Assembly (NCBI RefSeq): GCF_013407185.1
Contig: NZ_CP026995.1
Span: forward strand, 591,578 to 623,577
Length of the DNA stretch: 32,000 nt
Reading direction: 5' to 3'
Source of the DNA: Nitrosopumilus ureiphilus
GTDB lineage: Archaea; Thermoproteota; Nitrososphaeria; Nitrososphaerales; Nitrosopumilaceae
The stretch's first letter is position 1. Each line of letters begins with the position of its first letter. The notes beneath the pieces were generated by a model that saw only the letters and a program-made list of their open reading frames with translations, did no database searches and was not told the origin of the DNA. Below are positions 27,016 through 32,000 of the stretch, in pieces. Both the position numbers and the translations under genes were made by a program.

Positions 27016-27029
27016 TTTACATTTGTAAA
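27016..27029. promoter_or_regulatory. palindromic operator-like site TTTACATTTGTAAA (perfect)
   Basis: 9-nt gap, then TTAAGTAT (27039-27046) on the plus side. Its flank resembles that of site 5463. The next tracked ORF is 156 nt away. Confidence 0.6.
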
Positions 27030-27184
27030 CTATGATTATTAAGTATATGTCTACATATTTTTCTAATGTGATATTTTCTAACAATATTAAATTAAAAGAA
27101 TACAATACATTGTTAAGCAAATTTTATTAATTTGAAGTAAATTATGAAAATGAACAAGGGAAATGGGCCAAAATTAAGGGCAGT

Positions 27185-27898
27185 ATGGTAAATGGAACAT
27201 TAACTGAACTACAAAAGCAAACTCAAGAAGAGAGGGATAGTTTATTATCAAAACTTAGAGAAGATTCTACCTTTCAAGAATGTGAAAAACAACTAGCCAC
27301 AGAAAGATTTGCAGAACAAAATTTGGAATTTACTTTCGATAAAAATATGACATCTATTTTATTAGAATATCAAAATGAAGAATTTCAAACTGCAACCATA
27401 AATGCTGAATTTGATGTAGATGAATTAACCAAAATTAATCTTGAAAAACCTGAAAGTGATTATTCATACTTACTACCTCTTTTAGGTATATTGCCAATAG
27501 TTGTTACAGTGTACTTTTTGTACAAAAAACTGAAAATAAAAAAGAAAATGCCAGTAAAACCTGTGATTTCAAAGAGTTTATCAAAAAAATTTGATTACAT
27601 CTTAGCATCAAATAATTTTATCCTACAAGCAAAAGAGAATTTTGAAGAAAAGCAATACAAAGAAACATATGGAAAAGTCAATCAAGCTATTCAACTTTTC
27701 TTGAGTTATGAATTAAAGTTGAATAAAGAAATCGCCAATGAGGATATTTTATTAGATCTTACCAATACCAAGTATCCTGTGGCTGACATTGCAAATTGTT
27801 TCAGACTATCAAGTTTAGTTGAATTTGTCAAGTATGTTCCAAATGAAGATGAATTTTACAAAATGATTACTTTGACTGAAGATCTTTTTCATGCCTAA
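27185..27898 (+). CDS. single-pass membrane protein, function unknown
   Basis: Acidic N-terminal part, central TM (LLPLLGILPIVVTVYFLY) and a helical C-terminal domain. Confidence 0.55.
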   Translation: MVNGTLTELQKQTQEERDSLLSKLREDSTFQECEKQLATERFAEQNLEFTFDKNMTSILLEYQNEEFQTATINAEFDVDELTKINLEKPESDYSYLLPLLGILPIVVTVYFLYKKLKIKKKMPVKPVISKSLSKKFDYILASNNFILQAKENFEEKQYKETYGKVNQAIQLFLSYELKLNKEIANEDILLDLTNTKYPVADIANCFRLSSLVEFVKYVPNEDEFYKMITLTEDLFHA

Positions 27899-27925
27899 TC
27901 GCATCCATTTTCATCCACAAAAATG
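27886..27925 (+). repeat. short dispersed repeat, copy 3
   Basis: ttttcatgccta and atccattttcatc are shared exactly with copy 2. Overlaps the stop codon of the ORF at 27185-27898. Confidence 0.5.
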
Positions 27926-27975
27926 ATTCATCCCCTTAAGTAATTACTTCATTCTCTGAAGTATGAATAAGCAAA

Positions 27976-28419
27976 TTATTCATCATTAGATTCATCTTCA
28001 AATTTTTTGTCAATCTCTTCTTGTTTTTCTTTGAATTGTTGGTATTTTTTATCCCATTTAGATAAAACTATCCATTGTCTAATTCCCACCCCTAACCACA
28101 CTAAGGAAATTACAAAAATAATTAGTTGTGGGGGACGAAAAAAGTGGTTAGATCTTTTTTCTCCAAATTTATGTTTCATATCCTGATATTCTTCTTCAGT
28201 TATATCTCCACTTGCTAATCTTTCTTGAAGACGTTCTTCAAATTGTTCATGGAAGGGAGATTCCAAAGTAGATGTCATAACAAGTAAAGCAATAGGAGGA
28301 ATAATCAAAACGGTTAGAATCATCACCATGAACATCTTTTTTGTTCTGCTTAATTGGAACATCATCCCATCTAGTATCTCAAAGATGCTTTCATGGTTGT
28401 TGTCTTTGGGTTTACTCAT
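27976..28419 (-). CDS. membrane protein with SHOCT-like motif
   Basis: Two TMs flanking RLASGDITEEEYQDMKHKF. Overlaps the upstream wHTH gene by 8 nt, which suggests translational coupling. Confidence 0.6.
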   Translation of the reverse strand: MSKPKDNNHESIFEILDGMMFQLSRTKKMFMVMILTVLIIPPIALLVMTSTLESPFHEQFEERLQERLASGDITEEEYQDMKHKFGEKRSNHFFRPPQLIIFVISLVWLGVGIRQWIVLSKWDKKYQQFKEKQEEIDKKFEDESNDE

Positions 28420-28705
28420 TTTTATTTCCTCTTGGAAATAGTTCTTCGTATGGTTCTAAAACCTGTTTGAAAATTTCTTTACCTTTATCAGATATCTTGT
28501 ATTTGATTATGGATTTGTTTCCCCAAGGTTCAATATTTCTTTCTATCATCTCTTTTTTTACCATATCATCTAAAATTCCCTTGTGTTTTACATTGTTTAA
28601 TCCACAAATACTCATCAATCTACTTTGATTCATCTCGCCAAATTCAAAAAGTTTCAACAATACATCCTTCCTAATGTAGATTCTATCACGATATTCACGA
28701 CCCAA
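28412..28705 (-). CDS. small winged-helix DNA-binding protein
   Basis: 97 aa. MNQSRLMSICGLNNVKHKGILDDMVKKEMIE is followed by a beta-wing-like KYKISDKG. Confidence 0.65.
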   Translation of the reverse strand: MGREYRDRIYIRKDVLLKLFEFGEMNQSRLMSICGLNNVKHKGILDDMVKKEMIERNIEPWGNKSIIKYKISDKGKEIFKQVLEPYEELFPRGNKNE

Positions 28706-28737
28706 TATGATTCACCACTAATCTTTGCCATGTTTTA

Positions 28738-28938
28738 TCACAACTGATTCCATACTTTTTTGCTCCGAGGTTTAGATCTAAGTCTAGTTTTACAACATGG
28801 ACAAAATGCTCCTTCATATTCAAGAAAGCAGTTGTACAGTCCACATCTTTTCTGTCCTGATTTATAACGTAAATTGTTTGGCATAGAATTTGGTTTTAAT
28901 CTCTCACAAATTCCCTTACATATTTGTCCCATAGGCAC
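28738..28938 (-). CDS. small CPCC zinc-ribbon protein (paralog family, copy 3)
   Basis: ICKGICERL...RCGLYNC...FCPCCKTRLRSKPRSKK. Ends 32 nt upstream of the wHTH gene on the same strand. Confidence 0.7.
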   Translation of the reverse strand: MPMGQICKGICERLKPNSMPNNLRYKSGQKRCGLYNCFLEYEGAFCPCCKTRLRSKPRSKKVWNQL

Positions 28939-28987
28939 AAAATTGACTTTTGAAACTTAAGGATGAAGGAACATTGTTACGTATCAT

Positions 28988-29752
28988 TTGATAACAAGGC
29001 CTTTTATTCAAAATACAATGAAACTAGCAATGAACGGAAAAACAAAGTACATGATTCCAGCATTTGCAGCAGTTTTTGCTTTGATGTTTGCCTTTACGCC
29101 ATTTGTTATGGCAGAAGAAGACGGGGAATATACAAATGAAAAACATGCAAAATGGGGTGGTGAAAAACACTTCAAAAAAGGAAATCATGGAAAAAAGGCA
29201 ATCCTAGTTGAAGGATTTACTGGTTCAATCCAGGTTCCTGAAGAGATGACCAGAGAAACACATAGTGAATTAAAAGACCAAGTTACAGTTTCTCTAAGTC
29301 AAGCTGTTTCTGTTGCTGAGGATAACGGTGTTACTGATGCAATGAAAGCAAGTATTGGAATTGTAAAAGATGCTGAAGGCAACAAGTATGTTGTATGGAC
29401 CATTACCAGCATAGACAAGGATACAGAATCTGAAACAATAACTAAGAATATCTTTGTTGTAGATGCAGGTGATGCTGTAAACTTTACTACGATTACCAAA
29501 TCATTTGATCATTCAGAAATGAAAGAGAGAATGCATGGTGATAAAACTGCAAAGTTTGAAAAATTCCAACAAAAATTCTCTGAACCAACTGGTGATGCAG
29601 AAGTTGATGCTGCAAGGGCTCAATTTCTAGACTTGATGCAACAATTAAGAGATGCATACGAGAATGGAGATACTGAAACTGCACAATCAATCAAAGACCA
29701 ACTACATGAACTCAAATCATCATTTCTCAATATGAGAAATCCTCACTTCTAA
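28988..29752 (+). CDS. secreted protein with PepSY-like segment
   Basis: Signal peptide (AFAAVFALMFAFTPFVMA). The SLSQAVSVAEDNGV...KYVVWTITS segment resembles PepSY. Confidence 0.55.
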   Translation: MITRPFIQNTMKLAMNGKTKYMIPAFAAVFALMFAFTPFVMAEEDGEYTNEKHAKWGGEKHFKKGNHGKKAILVEGFTGSIQVPEEMTRETHSELKDQVTVSLSQAVSVAEDNGVTDAMKASIGIVKDAEGNKYVVWTITSIDKDTESETITKNIFVVDAGDAVNFTTITKSFDHSEMKERMHGDKTAKFEKFQQKFSEPTGDAEVDAARAQFLDLMQQLRDAYENGDTETAQSIKDQLHELKSSFLNMRNPHF

Positions 29753-29972
29753 TCACTTCTTTTTTCTTATTTTTACTCTTGAGAGATAAAATGAAACTAC
29801 ATAAGTATCCACAGATAGCAACATTTCTTTCAGATATCATACAATCATGATATTTAGGCAAAGTTTTTTGTCCACATTTCAAACAAATTTCAATATATGA
29901 AATTCTACATTCAGAACATTTTGAAAAATCATATAATTTATTCCCATATTTTCTACATGATTCATCAGGCAA
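29727..29972 (-). CDS. Cys-rich zinc-ribbon-like small protein
   Basis: C-x2-C pairs (CSEC, CLKC) plus additional Cys. The 3' end overlaps the convergent gene by 26 nt, so the C-terminus is uncertain. Confidence 0.35.
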   Translation of the reverse strand: MPDESCRKYGNKLYDFSKCSECRISYIEICLKCGQKTLPKYHDCMISERNVAICGYLCSFILSLKSKNKKKEVIRSEDFSY

Positions 29973-30276
29973 TCAGTAAACTCCCAAGATCTGTATTTTC
30001 TTCCCATCATTGCTTGAGTGCACAGATATAGTTTGATGAACAAAATATCTTAAGATACGAATGGGCTTATTCTGATTCTGAAAGTGTTTAAGGCTCAAGG
30101 AAGATTCTGACATCATTAATTCCAATATCACAAAGTTAAACAAAAGACTAGTCGATATAGAAACTGAAAACTCTTTGATTATCAGTCTATGGAGCATAAT
30201 TTGATCAATTTTTTTTATCTATAGTTTTCCTTAATGGTTAAATGAGAGGGGGTTGTCTATATCCCCCGATGTGTAA

Positions 30277-30351
30277 TGCTCCCATCGGGATTTGAACCCG
30301 AGTCTTTGGCTTGAGAAGCCAAAATGCTTAACCGGACTACACTATAGGAGC
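30277..30351 (-). tRNA. tRNA-Glu: tRNA-Glu (anticodon CUC)
   Basis: Hand-folded cloverleaf. Acceptor stem GCUCCUA/UGGGAGC. Anticodon stem UUGGC/GCCAA with loop UUCUCAA. T arm UCGGG-UUCAAAU-CCCGA. Discriminator A. No encoded CCA. Confidence 0.9.
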
Positions 30352-30462
30352 TTGATAAAAAACAAATCAAATCTCAATTTAAAGGAAATGTTTTGACTTT
30401 GCATGAATTTGTAAAACTTTGTGAGTTAGTTCCTTTATAGAAAAAAGCAAAGGTACCAATTT

Positions 30463-31335
30463 ATGGATATTCAAAAATTCATTGTAGAACATGAATTAAC
30501 TAGATTTCCAGTTGGTTTGGGCGGTTGTAGAATATCTGAGATAACTGATAATTCATGTGGCTATGATGTTTTCGTTTTTGATGATAAATCAGGGCAAGAA
30601 ATTCTAAAGTTTGAAAATGGGATTGTTATGATTCATCATGCATCCTTATCTGAAACCCAATCCAAACAGCTACTGCAATATGATAAACTGCAAATTATTC
30701 AAGATGAGTCTTGGGAACTTAGAATGTTTCTATCAAAGATCAATGAAAAACGTACATTACTTTATTCTGATTTTGCCAAAAACTCTCTGATTGAATCACT
30801 ATTTTGTTGTCAAAAAACTAAAGAATCAATTAAATTCTCTGATGTATTTGGTCCTTGTTGGCAAAAATGTGCTGCGTTTTATTTGGCAGACGCTATCTCT
30901 TCTCTAAACTATCAGCGAATCAGTCCTTCTCACATGCTTGATCTTCTACGAAAGTTAGAAAAAAATCAAATCAATGAGCATATTTCTACTGTTACTCAAA
31001 CTGTGGGAATTGAGAGAGCTACTCCTCCATTACTTGAAAGGATGCTAAAATCTACGATTGGTTTTTCTGATTTGGTTGAAAAAAACAACCACTCTCAAAT
31101 AATTCAGCAAAAATACGATTTCTTTGTAAACAACTCGATGCTCTCTGACTGTTATTTTTACTTGGGTTGGACAAACAAAGAAAATTTCATAAAAATTAAG
31201 AATAATCTGAATAGGGAACAGGATCTTATTCATATTCTAAAGGTGGCCTTTGATGTTGAGGCTGACATGAATTTAGTTGAACAACAAGCAAATACTGTAG
31301 AAAAGTCATGCAATTCCATACTTGGCATTCTTTGA
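30463..31335 (+). CDS. hypothetical protein
   Basis: 290-aa ORF with ordinary composition. The N-terminal GLGGCRISE...YDVFVFDD is faintly nucleotidyltransferase-like but not convincing. Confidence 0.55.
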   Translation: MDIQKFIVEHELTRFPVGLGGCRISEITDNSCGYDVFVFDDKSGQEILKFENGIVMIHHASLSETQSKQLLQYDKLQIIQDESWELRMFLSKINEKRTLLYSDFAKNSLIESLFCCQKTKESIKFSDVFGPCWQKCAAFYLADAISSLNYQRISPSHMLDLLRKLEKNQINEHISTVTQTVGIERATPPLLERMLKSTIGFSDLVEKNNHSQIIQQKYDFFVNNSMLSDCYFYLGWTNKENFIKIKNNLNREQDLIHILKVAFDVEADMNLVEQQANTVEKSCNSILGIL

Positions 31336-31398
31336 AGGATGAGTAATTTCTCATCTCTTGTACTAACCTTTTAAAACAAGTAAGATTACTCAATATTC

Positions 31399-31542
31399 AT
31401 GGTAGATCAAGCATGCGGATGCGAAGCTGATAGCGGCGATCCTGAATACTCATGCGATTGTGCTATGCAAGGTCATTGTATATGCAGCGCAGATTGCAAA
31501 TGTTCAACTGACGTTTGTAAAGAAGCTGTCGGAAATATGTAG
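31399..31542 (+). CDS. 47-aa metallothionein-like Cys-rich peptide (not in ORF track)
   Basis: Hand translation: MVDQACGCEADSGDPEYSCDCAMQGHCICSADCKCSTDVCKEAVGNM. It has 9 Cys including four CxC pairs. TTTTAAAA box about 25 nt upstream of the ATG. Locally GC-richer. Confidence 0.6.
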   Translation: MVDQACGCEADSGDPEYSCDCAMQGHCICSADCKCSTDVCKEAVGNM

Positions 31543-31580
31543 TTCGATAGTTTATTACAATCTTATTTTTATTTTTTTAA

Positions 31581-31748
31581 TTAATCTTCATCTTCCTCAA
31601 AGCCCCAAGATTTTACTAATTCTTTTTGGAACTTGTCTGCTTGTTTCTCATCTAATCCAAATCCGCAGTTCTTGTGTGTTGGAACAACTGTCATACCATC
31701 TAGTTTGAACTCTACTTCAAACAAGTGTACTTTGGAGCATTCACACAT
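31581..31748 (-). CDS. small acidic-tailed protein
   Basis: Hand translation from ATG at 31748: MCECSKVHLFEVEFKLDGMTVVPTHKNCGFGLDEKQADKFQKELVKSWGFEEDED. The frame stays open a further 17 codons upstream without a canonical start. Confidence 0.35.
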   Translation of the reverse strand: MCECSKVHLFEVEFKLDGMTVVPTHKNCGFGLDEKQADKFQKELVKSWGFEEDED

Positions 31749-31830
31749 TTCTGGAATTCCTGTACATTTTCCTCTATATTTGCTTATTTGAATAACCTTT
31801 AACTATCCGTTTTGCCAATTTTTTTCAGAT

Positions 31831-32000
31831 TTGAAAGGATCATTACTAATAATTCCACTATTTGCTGCTTTACTGTTAGGTTCATTATCACTTCCATCTG
31901 CATTTGCGCAATTCCAATCAGGTGGTGTAGATAAAGAAGGATCATGGTATGCAGGTGAAGGTCTCAAAAAAGGAGATTTCTTTTCTTATTCAATGTGTCA
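31831..32000 (+). CDS. secreted protein, 5' fragment (runs off the window)
   Basis: TTG start, then a signal peptide KGSLLIIPLFAALLLGSLSLPSAFAQ with the same AFAQ cleavage-type motif as 4660-5337 and 25863-26726. Confidence 0.45.
   Translation, partial: MKGSLLIIPLFAALLLGSLSLPSAFAQFQSGGVDKEGSWYAGEGLKKGDFFSYSMC

Noticed and set aside
205-27029. The recurring 14-bp repeat considered as a CRISPR array or MITE family.
   Set aside because: The copies are irregularly spaced by kilobases. They are palindromic, only 14-18 bp long, always intergenic, and positioned at a fixed distance from TATA-like boxes and start codons. This is promoter/operator behaviour, not CRISPR or transposon architecture.
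31460-31708. Tracked 82-aa plus-strand ORF.
   Set aside because: It overlaps the metallothionein-like ORF in a different frame and the minus-strand small ORF. Its sequence is low-complexity Leu/Ile/Ser-rich, as expected for out-of-frame AT-rich DNA.
1-32000. Search for integrase, transposase, toxin-antitoxin, restriction or other defence genes to explain the island-like repeats.
   Set aside because: No ORF showed recognisable catalytic motifs of these families by eye. Their absence cannot be proven without profile searches.

Overview
AT-rich archaeal chromosome segment. It looks like an ammonia-oxidising thaumarchaeon (Nitrosopumilales), but that is inference from gene content: PEFG-CTERM cupredoxin, many DsbA-like and cupredoxin paralogs, TRASH-domain CopA, leaderless-style promoters. 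All product calls come from motifs read by eye in the supplied translations; no searches were run. About 45 genes are supported. Most encode exported or membrane proteins of copper handling and thiol-disulfide chemistry: HtrA protease; CcdA plus a small thioredoxin; three DsbA-like oxidoreductases; three cupredoxins; a protein that is about 21% methionine; a P1B copper ATPase; a His-rich NicO/RcnA-like transporter; a rhodanese; DUF192. Housekeeping genes are interspersed (AMP/thymidine phosphorylase family, PRPP synthetase, PhaC-like hydrolase, tRNA-Glu). The main finding is a 14-bp palindrome, TTTACA-N2-TGTAAA, at 20 intergenic sites between 0.2 and 27 kb. Ten sites are perfect and ten have one mismatch. 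Most are followed after a fixed 9-nt gap by a TATA-like box, and start codons lie 35-46 nt from the palindrome. This suggests one unrecognised regulator controls the whole extracytoplasmic copper/redox gene set. Other observations: (1) three paralogous small CPCC zinc-ribbon proteins, one missed by the ORF track because it has a TTG start and 52 aa, two of them next to small wHTH genes; (2) an untracked 47-aa metallothionein-like ORF; (3) a separate 17-bp palindrome in front of copA; (4) degenerate direct copies of the tRNA-Glu 3' end and trailer, plus a related short repeat family, that divide 18-30 kb into island-like segments with no integrase; (5) a decayed secreted-protein gene after htrA. 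No CRISPR array, rRNA, transposase or integrase was seen.
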